DNA of 64,000 nt, taken from Gemmatimonadaceae bacterium (GTDB lineage Bacteria > Gemmatimonadota > Gemmatimonadetes > Gemmatimonadales > Gemmatimonadaceae). Of this stretch, positions 19,010 through 28,325 are shown piece after piece (the stretch's first letter is position 1; each line of letters starts with the position of its first letter). The notes below the pieces were generated by a model, which was not told where the DNA came from, did not search any database, and saw only the letters and a program-made list of their open reading frames with translations. The stretch spans positions 608,001 through 672,000 of the forward strand of contig JBJMOW010000005.1 of assembly GCA_045803545.1 (NCBI GenBank), written 5' to 3'. Made by a program: the position numbers and the translations under genes.

Positions 19010-22000
19010 CTAGGGACCGTGCGGGTCGTCGTCGCCAGCCTCCGAATCTGGGCCGAAATCAAAATTGATGATGTCGCTCACTCGTTCCACATGCACGATT
19101 TGTCGGAGTGATTGCCCGCCGACACTGATGGTGACAGCGTAGTCGCCCGGATCGACCAGATTGCCGGCGCGTCCCCCGCCAAAGAACCCACCGCCTTCCC
19201 CGCCTCCCCCACCGGGTCCCATCGTCGGCGCTTCCGCGGGGCGAAGGTTCTCGGCTTGGGCGCCGCCACGACCCCGGCGTGGTCCCCCTTCCACGCCACC
19301 AGCGGTGTCGGTACGGGCGGCGCGCACCGAGTCTTCCCGCGCGCGTCTGACGCGGGCGGCGGTGATGCTGTCCCTCAACGCGGCCGGTCCCAATGGGCGA
19401 GGCCTGCCCCGAAGATCCCAATACGCGTGGTGGAGGCCGGGTCCACCCGGGCCAGTGAGTGTTCGAACGGTATCACCGCGAATGTTGGTGACCACAATTC
19501 GGGCACTGTCGCGCGGACTTCCCGATGACAGTCGGTAAGCCAGCTCGGCACCGTACGACGGATTCGGCGCGATGAAGTTCTTCTGCCCGGGGAAATTCTG
19601 AACGTTGCCGATCGAGTACTCGTAAGCCGTCTTGGGCGTAAAGAAGTTGACTGTCCGCGCAATTATCCCGGTGTTCATCTCCTCCAGCGGCGCGACGTCG
19701 ACGATCCAGATCGAGCGTCCGTGAGTCGCGGCGATCAGCTCACGATCACGGGGGTGAATTTTTAGATCGTGCACGGGAACCGTCGGCATTCCGGTCATGA
19801 AACGTTGCCAGCTCGAGCCACGGTCCGTCGACACGTACGCACCGACATCGCTGCCGAGATACAGTAGGTCGCGATTCGCCGGATCCTCTCGGATGACATG
19901 AACGAAATCCACGCCACCAGTCGGGAGGTTGTTCACGATCGAGCGAAACGTTTTGCCGAAATCGGTTGACACGAAGACGTACGGCTTGAAGTCGTTCTCG
20001 CGGTGATTGTCGAAGGTGACGTACACAGTCGCCGTATCGAAGTGTGATGGCTCGACTCGACTAACCCACGTCTTCTTCGGGACACCCGGGAAGCGCGTGG
20101 TAATGTCGGTCCACGAACCACCGTCGTTCGTCGTCAGCCAAACATTGCCATCGTCGGTGCCGACCCAGAGAATGCCTGGCCGAATCGGCGATTCAGCGAC
20201 CGTTGTTATGGTGCCGTAGGTCTCCGCGCCCGAGTTGTCGCGCGTGATGCCGCCGGTGGTGCGGGTGCTCATGATGATTCGCGCCGAATCCTTAGTCGAT
20301 AAATCCGGCGAGATCGGGTAGAAGTGATCGCCGCGGTCCGACGATTTCAGCAGCCGATTGCCGCCCATGTATACGGTGTTCGCCGAGTGTGGCGACAGGA
20401 AATACGGCGTCGACCAGTTAAACCGGTAGCCGCGCGCCGAATCAGCGGCCGCGCGTCGCCGAACCGCCTCCACCGCGGCCGTGACCTGCGGCGTCTCCGG
20501 ACGCGTGGTGTCGCCTCGGGCGATGATTACTGAATCTTCGAACAGACTCGTGCGATCACGTCCGCCACCACGCATTATCACCGCGCGGGTATTCTGCGCG
20601 ACATTCAGCCGCGAGGCGTTTCCGCCCTGCGATTCGCTGTAAACGATGTTCGGATCGTCCGGATCGATTGCGGTATAGAAACCGTCGCCGCCGCCGACAT
20701 TGTACCAGTCGTAGTTGGTGATGCCGACGCGATTTCGCGAGCGTGACGGACCGCACCACGAACCGTTGTCCTGGAGGCCACCGCACACCTTGTACGGTTT
20801 CTCCATTCCGTAACTGATCGCGTAGAACTGACCGATGGGAAACGTGTTGATGAAGTCGTAGGTGCCGCCTCGATCGTAGGTCACCGCGATTCCACCGTCG
20901 TCGCCGAGGATGAAGTGGTCGGGGTCGCTCGGGTCGATCCACATCGCGTGCCAATCGGTGTGCACGTTCAATGCGCCGCGACGATACGTCTTGCCGCCGT
21001 CTTCCGACGACCGAAAGACCGACGACATCCAGTAGATGCGATCGGGATTCTTCGGATCCACGCGAATTTGTGAATAATAGAACGGACGTGCGTCGCCGAG
21101 TCCGCCTGCACCTGATCCCGGTGGCTCGTTGCGATAAGTCAGTGTCCACGTCGCGCCGCCGTCCGCGGAGCGATAGATGCCGCTGTTCGTCTTCTGTCTT
21201 TTGGACGTGTCGGGTTTTTCGCCGCGCGCGAGCGCGCGGGGCAGTGTGTCAGCTTCGACCCACACGTACAGGACCCGAGGATTCGACGGAGACAGTGCGA
21301 GTCCGATGCGTCCCTTCATTGTCTCCGGAAAACCGCCGCCTCTGATCTCGCGCCAGCTCGCACCGGCATCGGTGGTCTTCCAGAGCCCACTTCCCGGCCC
21401 GCCGCTCTTCAGGAAATAAGGGCCGCGCACGCGCTCCCAACTTGTAGCGTAAAGGGTATTGTGATCCTTCGCGTCCATCGCGATGTCGACGAATCCCGCC
21501 TTGTCGCTAATAAACTTTGACAGCTTCCATGTCGCACCGCCGTCAGTGGTCTTGTAGAGTCCGCGCTCCGGATTCGAGTTCCAGGCGTGACCGAGCGCGG
21601 CGACGTAAACGACGTTCGGGTCCGTTGGGTCGATGACGATGCGACCAATTTGTTGGGTCGCCTCCAGTCCGACCAGCTTCCACGTCCTGCCCGCGTCCGT
21701 CGACTTGAAGACGCCGCCGCCCGGCGAGATGGAATTGCGTGAATCCTCTTCACCCGTACCGGCGTAGAGAATGTTGGGATCCGACGGAGCGATTGCGATA
21801 TCACCCATCGAGATCACCTTCTCTTTGTCGAATGTCGGGAAGAAAGTCGTTCCAGCGTTGATGGTCTTCCAGATACCACCAGTGGCAGTTGCGACGTAAA
21901 AGATCTTCGGGTTGCCGGCGACGCCCTCGACATCAGTCACGCGTCCACCCATGTTGGCCGGTCCGATAGAGCGCCAACGGAACCCGGCGAGCGTTGCCGA

Positions 22001-22087
22001 ATCGAGAGGTGTGGTGAGTTGTGCGGAGGCGGTGCCGGCGAAGAGCACGGCGCAGGCGAGAGCGCAGAGGACCGGATGGGCTCGCAT
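19010..22087 (-). CDS. Secreted BNR/Asp-box (VPS10/sortilin-like) beta-propeller protein, glycosyl-hydrolase-like
   Basis: Signal peptide from the ATG at 22087; WRSIGPANMGGRV; many SxDxGxTW Asp-boxes. Confidence 0.9.
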   Translation of the reverse strand: MRAHPVLCALACAVLFAGTASAQLTTPLDSATLAGFRWRSIGPANMGGRVTDVEGVAGNPKIFYVATATGGIWKTINAGTTFFPTFDKEKVISMGDIAIAPSDPNILYAGTGEEDSRNSISPGGGVFKSTDAGRTWKLVGLEATQQIGRIVIDPTDPNVVYVAALGHAWNSNPERGLYKTTDGGATWKLSKFISDKAGFVDIAMDAKDHNTLYATSWERVRGPYFLKSGGPGSGLWKTTDAGASWREIRGGGFPETMKGRIGLALSPSNPRVLYVWVEADTLPRALARGEKPDTSKRQKTNSGIYRSADGGATWTLTYRNEPPGSGAGGLGDARPFYYSQIRVDPKNPDRIYWMSSVFRSSEDGGKTYRRGALNVHTDWHAMWIDPSDPDHFILGDDGGIAVTYDRGGTYDFINTFPIGQFYAISYGMEKPYKVCGGLQDNGSWCGPSRSRNRVGITNYDWYNVGGGDGFYTAIDPDDPNIVYSESQGGNASRLNVAQNTRAVIMRGGGRDRTSLFEDSVIIARGDTTRPETPQVTAAVEAVRRRAAADSARGYRFNWSTPYFLSPHSANTVYMGGNRLLKSSDRGDHFYPISPDLSTKDSARIIMSTRTTGGITRDNSGAETYGTITTVAESPIRPGILWVGTDDGNVWLTTNDGGSWTDITTRFPGVPKKTWVSRVEPSHFDTATVYVTFDNHRENDFKPYVFVSTDFGKTFRSIVNNLPTGGVDFVHVIREDPANRDLLYLGSDVGAYVSTDRGSSWQRFMTGMPTVPVHDLKIHPRDRELIAATHGRSIWIVDVAPLEEMNTGIIARTVNFFTPKTAYEYSIGNVQNFPGQKNFIAPNPSYGAELAYRLSSGSPRDSARIVVTNIRGDTVRTLTGPGGPGLHHAYWDLRGRPRPLGPAALRDSITAARVRRAREDSVRAARTDTAGGVEGGPRRGRGGAQAENLRPAEAPTMGPGGGGGEGGGFFGGGRAGNLVDPGDYAVTISVGGQSLRQIVHVERVSDIINFDFGPDSEAGDDDPHGP

Positions 22088-22256
22088 GGTTTTGCTTTCG
22101 GGTTGAGTTGTACGCGTCGGCGGAGTCACGACCGTTGCACGACTAAGCTAATACGGCGCGTGATTGGACGGTGTTGACCTCCGTCGCGAACCGTTGAAAA
22201 GCGATAGCTTTGATTCTCAAGTCCGGCGATGGATCCGGTAATCGGGTAAATGCATT

Positions 22257-22907
22257 ATGACGACATTGACTGCAAGCATAGGCGATATGATCCAGGGAGT
22301 TGGCGCGCAGGGCACTCCACAAGCTCCGGAGCGGCCGTCGATGCCGACAGCGGAGCAACGACAGGCGTTGCACGACGCTGCCCGCCAGATGCGCGACGCA
22401 ATCCGAGCGAATGTCAACGGGCAGGTGATAAACGCGCAGGCGAGCGCAGCAGCTGCGAAAGCGAGCGCAGCAGCTGCGAAAGCGCTTCGCGATCAGGGCG
22501 TCACCATCGTGGGGGCGCCCAACATCCAAGGTGTCGATCAGGATGGACCGATTACGATTCAAACTCCCGACGGAAAGACAACCATCGTTAGTCGAGGGAC
22601 TGGGGCACCAGCCATCGCCGGACCGCCTCCCGAAGTAGTGGACATCTCGATCGCGTTTTTCCTGACGGTCGCCGCTATCGTCATATTCCTCCCGCTCGCC
22701 CGCGCATTCGCGCGCAGAATGGATCGGCGGTCGGCCGGGACGCAGGTGCCGCCCGAGGTAACGGCGCAACTCGAGCACCTCAACCGCGCCGTAGACGCAA
22801 TCGCTCTGGAAGTTGAGCGCATCTCTGAAGGTCAGCGCTTTACCACGCGACTGCTCACAGATCAACGCGAATCGATACCTGGCCTGCCCACAGGCGCGAA
22901 TCGTTAG
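22257..22907 (+). CDS. Hypothetical single-TM protein with C-terminal AVDAIALEVERISEGQRFTT motif
   Basis: TM segment followed by a coiled-coil motif also present in 36208-36501. Confidence 0.8.
   Translation: MTTLTASIGDMIQGVGAQGTPQAPERPSMPTAEQRQALHDAARQMRDAIRANVNGQVINAQASAAAAKASAAAAKALRDQGVTIVGAPNIQGVDQDGPITIQTPDGKTTIVSRGTGAPAIAGPPPEVVDISIAFFLTVAAIVIFLPLARAFARRMDRRSAGTQVPPEVTAQLEHLNRAVDAIALEVERISEGQRFTTRLLTDQRESIPGLPTGANR
22440..22484 (+). repeat. Exact in-frame 21-bp tandem duplication (ASAAAAK x2)
   Basis: GCGAGCGCAGCAGCTGCGAAA occurs twice in tandem. Confidence 0.9.
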
Positions 22908-23029
22908 CTCAATTCCCCATTGCTGGGCGCACGCAGCGGAATGACTGCTGTGAAGGTGCTGCCTTTGCCGAGCTGACTCTCGACGATAACGTCACCACCA
23001 AGCAGACGGGCGGGGCTGCGGCTCACGCC
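22904..23029 (-). pseudogene. Remnant of a histidine-kinase HATPase C-terminus
   Basis: VSRSPARLLGGDVIVESQLGKGSTFTAVIP resembles the kinase tails elsewhere in this window; no upstream kinase sequence. Confidence 0.7.
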
Positions 23030-23099
23030 TTTATCATTGACGAACTCTAGGCCAACGCGGAGTGCATTTGCACTACCGGCCCCACGCTTGCACGACAAG

Positions 23100-23537
23100 A
23101 TGAAACCAATGAAAAAAATATCCTCCGCCGGAGCGCTATTTGCAGCGCTGCTCGCAGGTGTCACTAGCTGCGCTACGAAATCGAGCATTGTTGCGCGTAA
23201 TACCGAACTCACGCTCGCCCCGACTTGCGCCGACGCAGTAACGGTTTTCCCTGGCCGCGGAAAGGTGCCATACGACTATTACGAAGTCGCGATAATCGCG
23301 GCTGAGGGAAATTCGGTCTACACGGGAAATGGTGACCTTCTAAAGTCGGCGCGCAACCAGGCAGCGGGGGTGGGGGCCAATGGCCTGGTGTTGGATTCGC
23401 TGACGGCAACGCACGCAACGGTCAAAGTCCTCGGAGCCGCGGTGGGAGCGAAAGACGCGGAGCGCAAGGCGCGCGCGATTGCGATCTGGATGCCGAGCGA
23501 CACCGCTCGTGTGCGCACGGTGTGCGCAGGGAAATAA
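23100..23537 (+). CDS. Hypothetical lipoprotein
   Basis: Signal ending GVTSC; QAAGVGANGLVL motif. Confidence 0.7.
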   Translation: MKPMKKISSAGALFAALLAGVTSCATKSSIVARNTELTLAPTCADAVTVFPGRGKVPYDYYEVAIIAAEGNSVYTGNGDLLKSARNQAAGVGANGLVLDSLTATHATVKVLGAAVGAKDAERKARAIAIWMPSDTARVRTVCAGK

Positions 23538-24091
23538 CGCTCGCGGCACTCATAGCGATTGCCACGGCGAGCGGGTGCAAGGAGAATCGCTGGGTGCCTC
23601 GTGGCCGCGCCGAGATCACTCTCTCTGAGATAAAGCTGCGGGGGCCCGCCGAGGTATCGCGGCGAATCGACTCTGACGAGAGCTTCGGCCAATCGGTGCT
23701 GGATGGGATCGCGTCCGGCGACAGTGTCTGGCTCGATGTCGCGACTCAGTTAACGCCGGCGTCCGCCGCCGCCCAGGCAAGCCTATCCATCGCGCTTGCA
23801 TCGGCCCTACCGCACGCACCAAAAAAAGTTCTTTCGATGGTGGATGACAAGTACCCCGCCGAAGAAGTGTGCGGGATACCATTTCTCAAAGCCGATTCGA
23901 ATGAGGTCATCACCTACCACGACGACGCGATCCGCGCATTGGGCGCGGTCAAAGACTCATCGCTGGTGAATGTCGTCGGCGTTTGTCGCGCCGCCCTGGA
24001 CTCGTCGCGGAGCCGCCGTCTTGAACGCATCGACCCCTCTTGCATCATAAAGAACAGGCCGGCGGCTGCACCGAAGCGGTCGCGGCGATAA
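23522..24091 (+). CDS. Hypothetical lipoprotein
   Basis: Signal ending TASGC; overlaps the upstream gene. Confidence 0.65.
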   Translation: MRREITLAALIAIATASGCKENRWVPRGRAEITLSEIKLRGPAEVSRRIDSDESFGQSVLDGIASGDSVWLDVATQLTPASAAAQASLSIALASALPHAPKKVLSMVDDKYPAEEVCGIPFLKADSNEVITYHDDAIRALGAVKDSSLVNVVGVCRAALDSSRSRRLERIDPSCIIKNRPAAAPKRSRR

Positions 24092-24245
24092 CTGGCAACC
24101 TCATCCGAAGGTTACTCCGGACAAACCTGGTTCGTCCGACTGACGCAACGGAGCAGTGTACGCTGACTTCCGGAGCGCAACTGGAATGCGCGTCTGCACT
24201 TAGGCCGAATGGCCGGACGGGCGCTTCCAAAACACAGGAGTTGTC

Positions 24246-24797
24246 TTGAAGCGTTCCCTAGTAGCGGCCCTTGTGGGCCTCGCGTTTGTGCCGTTTGCGG
24301 CGCATGCGCAAAAGCACTCTTCGTCAGTGTCGAGTGTGAAGCCAGTTCAGTTCGGGATCGCCGGAGGCGCCGCACTTCCGACCAGCGATCTCTCCGATGG
24401 TGCAAGCACTGGCTACAACGTCACCGGCTCGGTCGCCCTTAATTCGAAGGCATGGCCGCTCGGCCTCCGCATCGACGGCGCGTACAACCGCTTTGGCCTC
24501 AAAGGCGGAGCAAGTGGCGACATCCACTTCAGCAGCGTGACCGGCAACGCCGTTTACAGGATCCCGGCGGCGAGCGTATCGCCTTATCTGATCGGGGGCG
24601 CGGGCTGGTATAACGCAGCCGTCAACCTGACCGGCTTCGGCAGCGGATCGGACAACCACCTCGGATGGAACCTCGGTGGCGGTCTGAGCATGCCGCTCAG
24701 CGGTTTCGACACTTTCATCGAAGCTCGCTACAATCAGGTCCAGGGCAGCGGCGGTTCGCTGAAGTTCATCCCCGTTACGTTCGGAGTGATGTTCTAA
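24246..24797 (+). CDS. Small outer-membrane beta-barrel protein (OmpA/OmpW-like membrane domain)
   Basis: Signal peptide, alternating beta strands, SPYLIGGAG, FIEARY, terminal Phe. Confidence 0.85.
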   Translation: MKRSLVAALVGLAFVPFAAHAQKHSSSVSSVKPVQFGIAGGAALPTSDLSDGASTGYNVTGSVALNSKAWPLGLRIDGAYNRFGLKGGASGDIHFSSVTGNAVYRIPAASVSPYLIGGAGWYNAAVNLTGFGSGSDNHLGWNLGGGLSMPLSGFDTFIEARYNQVQGSGGSLKFIPVTFGVMF

Positions 24798-24818
24798 ACA
24801 GCGGGTCTCGATGTAACG

Positions 24819-24853
24819 AACGGGAGGGGGCGATTGCTCCCTCCCGTTTTTTG
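24819..24853 (+). terminator. Intrinsic terminator
   Basis: AACGGGAGGG...CCCTCCCGTT followed by a T-tract. Confidence 0.8.
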
Positions 24854-24907
24854 TTAAGGGACCGGCGTTTTAGTCGTCTGCGTTTAAGACAAACCTCGAC
24901 AAACCGG

Positions 24908-25609
24908 ATGCGCATTCTCGTAGTCGATGATGACAAGGCCATACTCAAGCTCGTCGCGCGAGTGCTGCGCGACGAAGCGTACGCCGTTGATACTGCTTCG
25001 ACTGGCGAAGAGGCAAGAACCCTGGCGCTCGTCAACGAATACGATGGCATCATCCTCGATCTGCAGCTCGGCGACCGGCACGGGTTCGAGATCCTTCAGG
25101 AGCTGCGGCGCAACGGGCGGCATACACCGGTTCTCCTCTACTCCGGCCGCGCCGACACCGAATCGATCGTACGCGGTCTCGACGCCGGCGCCGACGATTA
25201 TGTCGTGAAGCCCGTGTCGAATGAGGAGTTGCGCGCGCGGGTGCGAACCCTGACCCGCCACGGCATAAAGGCGCGAGTCGATGAGCAAATCCGGGTTGGC
25301 AATCTCGTCCTCAATCGCCTCACCCGCCGCATAACGGCCGCAGGCAATGACTTTGCTTTAACTGCGATGGAGCTCAAACTCCTCGAGCATCTGATGCTGC
25401 GCTGTGGCGAGATCGTCACCCGCAGCGAGCTGCACGATAAAGTCTGGGACATGCACTTCGATCCGAGCTCGAACGTCATCGATGCCCACGTGGCGCGACT
25501 TAGAAAAAAACTGCGCGCCGCCGGGGCGGAGACCGAACTCGAGACGCGCCGCGGCGTCGGGTTTACCCTCACTGGCCAGCCGACAACCACTCACAAGGCA
25601 GCGAGCTGA
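24908..25609 (+). CDS. OmpR/PhoB-family response regulator (no adjacent kinase)
   Basis: MRILVVDDD, IILDLQL, GLDAGADDYVVKP, wHTH ending ETRRGVGF. Confidence 0.95.
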   Translation: MRILVVDDDKAILKLVARVLRDEAYAVDTASTGEEARTLALVNEYDGIILDLQLGDRHGFEILQELRRNGRHTPVLLYSGRADTESIVRGLDAGADDYVVKPVSNEELRARVRTLTRHGIKARVDEQIRVGNLVLNRLTRRITAAGNDFALTAMELKLLEHLMLRCGEIVTRSELHDKVWDMHFDPSSNVIDAHVARLRKKLRAAGAETELETRRGVGFTLTGQPTTTHKAAS

Positions 25610-25618
25610 CAGCCTGAC

Positions 25619-25661
25619 GATCATGACTAAGCCGTCATGATCCCTTCATAAAGCCGTCACA
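25619..25661 (+). promoter_or_regulatory. Candidate OmpR/PhoB-type binding site (three 11-bp direct repeats overlapping a 9-bp inverted repeat)
   Basis: AAGCCGTCATG-ATCCCTTCATA-AAGCCGTCACA; GATCATGAC/GTCATGATC. Confidence 0.5.
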
Positions 25662-25736
25662 GAGCGAGGCGCATATTGTGCCTCATCAATAAACGAAGCG
25701 CTTCGGGTTCACCCTCGACGCTCTGAGGCTCTGAAG

Positions 25737-26123
25737 ATGGCAAAGCTCCGCAACATATTCGCTGCACTGGCGCTCGCACTCGCTCTGACAGCGAGCGCGT
25801 CGAATGCACAGCAGCGCGGCTCAGTCAGCCTCACGCACACGGTGATAGTCACAGTACCGCCGCGCGTAAGAGTCCAGGTTGCAACGACGCAACATCAGAT
25901 GCAGTCGACGTCGGACAAGGCGGGCTTGTCGGTAACAGTGAGAGCAACGAGGGATTGGAGTTTAGGCATTGGGTCGAAGAAAGCATCGAGCACCAGGTGG
26001 GTCGATGGAAATAGCGAAGCCGCTTCGATGGTCGTGTACCGCACCACTGCATCACAGCGCACAGCCGGTATGGGCAGTGCCTCGGACTCCGAGCCGGTGA
26101 TGCTGACAGTCGTCGCTCCGTAA
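25737..26123 (+). CDS. Secreted hypothetical protein
   Basis: Signal peptide ending ASNA; beta-rich; ends LTVVAP. Confidence 0.7.
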   Translation: MAKLRNIFAALALALALTASASNAQQRGSVSLTHTVIVTVPPRVRVQVATTQHQMQSTSDKAGLSVTVRATRDWSLGIGSKKASSTRWVDGNSEAASMVVYRTTASQRTAGMGSASDSEPVMLTVVAP

Positions 26124-26169
26124 AGGGGACGGGACGCGAAGCCCGCTTGCGGGCTCGGGAAAGACCGGG

Positions 26170-26200
26170 AAAAACCGCGTCAGCCGACGCGGTTTTTTCT
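26170..26200 (+). terminator. Intrinsic terminator
   Basis: AAAAACCGCGTC-AGCC-GACGCGGTTTTTT. Confidence 0.85.
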
Positions 26201-26423
26201 TGTCTGCAATCACAAATACGGCCGGTAACCAGCTAACTGTGAATCACAATCGTTACTGCCCTTGGAGGTCCCTCGTCTTTTGGACGGCGAGGGACGTCAG
26301 CGCTCTTCTGTCGGGCCATCATGGTCAGGCACGGCGTTCAGAAGCCCTCCCGTAACCAGATCAGCATCCATGTGTCAGCTGTAAGGCACGAATACGGATG
26401 CATTTCTCGAACAAGGAGAAGCT

Positions 26424-26951
26424 TTGAAGCGTTCACTGTACCTCGCGATCGCCACGATCGCACTCGTCGCAGCGCCGCGCATTTCGCAAGCGCAGCTCGG
26501 CCTGGTCAAGCCGTTCTCGCTTGGCTTTGCGGGTGGTGTCACCCAGCCGATGAGCGACCTGTCCAACAGCACCAAGATGGGCTATAACGCGACTGCGGCT
26601 GCGGAAATCAAACTTCCGCTGATCCCGGTTGGTCTGCGCGTCGACGGCGCGTACAACCAGTTCGGTGAGAAAGTCGCCGGCGCTGGCAAGCTGCACACGA
26701 TCAGCGCGACTGGAAACGTCGTGTGGCGTCTGCCGAACGTTGGCGTTCAGCCCTATCTGATCGGTGGAGCTGGTCTCTACATGATCGGTTCTGACATTGC
26801 TGGTGCAAGCACTGAGAATCACTTCGGCTGGAACGGCGGCGCTGGTGTCAAGCTGCCTTACCATGCTTTCGCTGAAGCACGCTATAACCGCGTGTCGGCG
26901 AACGGTGCCTCAATGGAGTTCGTGCCGGTTACCCTCGGCATCATGTTCTAA
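26424..26951 (+). CDS. Small outer-membrane beta-barrel protein, paralogue of 24246-24797
   Basis: Shared GLRxDGAYNxFG, PYLIGGAG, NHxGWNxGxG, EARYN and PVTxGxMF motifs; AGGAG RBS. Confidence 0.87.
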   Translation: MKRSLYLAIATIALVAAPRISQAQLGLVKPFSLGFAGGVTQPMSDLSNSTKMGYNATAAAEIKLPLIPVGLRVDGAYNQFGEKVAGAGKLHTISATGNVVWRLPNVGVQPYLIGGAGLYMIGSDIAGASTENHFGWNGGAGVKLPYHAFAEARYNRVSANGASMEFVPVTLGIMF

Positions 26952-26975
26952 ACTTTCGGCGAAAGCTGAAAGTGC

Positions 26976-27011
26976 AAAAAGGGGAGGGCTCAATGCCCTC
27001 CCTTTTTTTTT
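26976..27011. terminator. Bidirectional intrinsic terminator
   Basis: AAAAAGGGGAGGGC-TCAAT-GCCCTCCCTTTTTTTTT. Confidence 0.85.
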
Positions 27012-27029
27012 GTCCCCACCTGGACCCGC

Positions 27030-27632
27030 TCAGTTGAACTGACGCAACTGTATCTGGGACTGTCCAGTGTACACCCCGTAGAACCGGACGATGTCGCCGT
27101 TACGCAGACTGTTAAACCGGTTCACGTCGTTGCTGCTGGCGTTGTACGGCATCGTCACGGTGACGGTGTTGTAGTTGCCGATGTCGACCGTGAAAAGTCC
27201 ATTGCGCCGATCGACGCTGCGGATGGTGCCCTGGAGCGACTGCACGTTTCCTGACGAGACATTCCCACTACCATTGTTGACTGACTGGTCGACCTGAATG
27301 TAGTTGGTGTAGTAGCTGTTTCCGTTGGCCTGAATACGCGCCGTTATCTGGTCACCGTACTCCAGCGAGGTCGCTGGATAGTTCTGGTTCTGGTAGACGA
27401 CTTGCGTCTGGTTGTCGTAGGAGACCGGCACGGTCTGCCCATTTGATGTCTGAATGGAAATCTGCTGGTAACGCGTGTCGACACCGCGAACAGTGCCGCT
27501 CAGCTGATTACCGCTGGCCCCGCCGCCACCCAGTACTCCGCCCAGAACGTTGCCGAGATTTCCAGCGCAGGCCGTGGCTGCGACCATCAGCGCTGCCGCC
27601 GCGCTTCTACGAATCATTTGCATGTTTGCCAT
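27030..27632 (-). CDS. Lipoprotein with two OB-fold-like repeats (DUF5666-like)
   Basis: Lipobox ATAC; repeated L(S/Q)GT(V/I)RxVD...SLxxGD units; GAGGAGG RBS. Confidence 0.8.
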   Translation of the reverse strand: MANMQMIRRSAAAALMVAATACAGNLGNVLGGVLGGGGASGNQLSGTVRGVDTRYQQISIQTSNGQTVPVSYDNQTQVVYQNQNYPATSLEYGDQITARIQANGNSYYTNYIQVDQSVNNGSGNVSSGNVQSLQGTIRSVDRRNGLFTVDIGNYNTVTVTMPYNASSNDVNRFNSLRNGDIVRFYGVYTGQSQIQLRQFN

Positions 27633-27658
27633 TGGTCATCCCTCCTCTCGGTCATAAG

Positions 27659-27675
27659 AGCAATCGCGGTGCCTG
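27659..27675 (-). promoter_or_regulatory. Candidate sigma54 (-24/-12) promoter
   Basis: Minus strand CAGGCAC-CGCGA-TTGCT with exact GG-N10-GC spacing, upstream of the 27632 start. Confidence 0.55.
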
Positions 27676-27700
27676 TGTTGCGCCCGTATCTTTGACTTCG

Positions 27701-28219
27701 ATGACACAAAGCCGCGGACTGATCCTGACAATGCTGAGTCTGAGCCTGGCTTGCGGTCGGTCGAGAAGTGAGCCGACGGTAGATACGCTCGGCGTTGTCC
27801 TGTCTACTCCCAGCACCGGTAGCGATACCTCCAGCCAGACAGCAAACGCCTGCCCGCGAACCGGCCTCTGGGCGCAATGCAGCGTCGAAAAGCGTCTCTC
27901 GCAGTCCGGGTTCGTGGTCAGACGAATGTCGGACAGCGTCAAGCGGCGCAGCGGCTTTAGCGTGATGCCGATTCCTTACATCCTCGGACGCTCGCGGCTG
28001 GATGTATTCATCTATCCGACCGCCGATGCCGTCACGAGCGAAACGAGCCGCCTGGATACCGCACTGGCAGGCCCGCGTGGGGTGAGGAGCCAGTGGGGCG
28101 TCGGCGTTCAGCCGACGTTTGTCAGGTCGGCGAATCTCATCGCCGTTTTCCTCACCGATAATCCAACGCAAAGCGAGCGGCTGTCGCTCGCGCTGACCGC
28201 GGGCCCGCCGCAGCCGTGA
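27701..28219 (+). CDS. Hypothetical lipoprotein
   Basis: ATG at 27701, lipobox LSLAC; CPRTGLWAQC, FVRSANLIAVFL. Confidence 0.7.
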   Translation: MTQSRGLILTMLSLSLACGRSRSEPTVDTLGVVLSTPSTGSDTSSQTANACPRTGLWAQCSVEKRLSQSGFVVRRMSDSVKRRSGFSVMPIPYILGRSRLDVFIYPTADAVTSETSRLDTALAGPRGVRSQWGVGVQPTFVRSANLIAVFLTDNPTQSERLSLALTAGPPQP

Positions 28220-28325
28220 TTGGAAGTGAGTACGGCTGAGCCGGCTGTGACCGCGTGGGCGGAAGGCAGAGTCTAAAAAGCTACCCGGGTACCAAACGGT
28301 TACTTGCCGGGAAGGAGCAGCGTGC

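Noticed and set aside
26124..26300. Structured ncRNA in the hairpin-rich intergenic region
   Set aside because: Hairpins exist (AGCCCGC/GCGGGCT and GTCCCTCG/CGAGGGAC), but I cannot match them to any RNA family. A covariance search would be needed.
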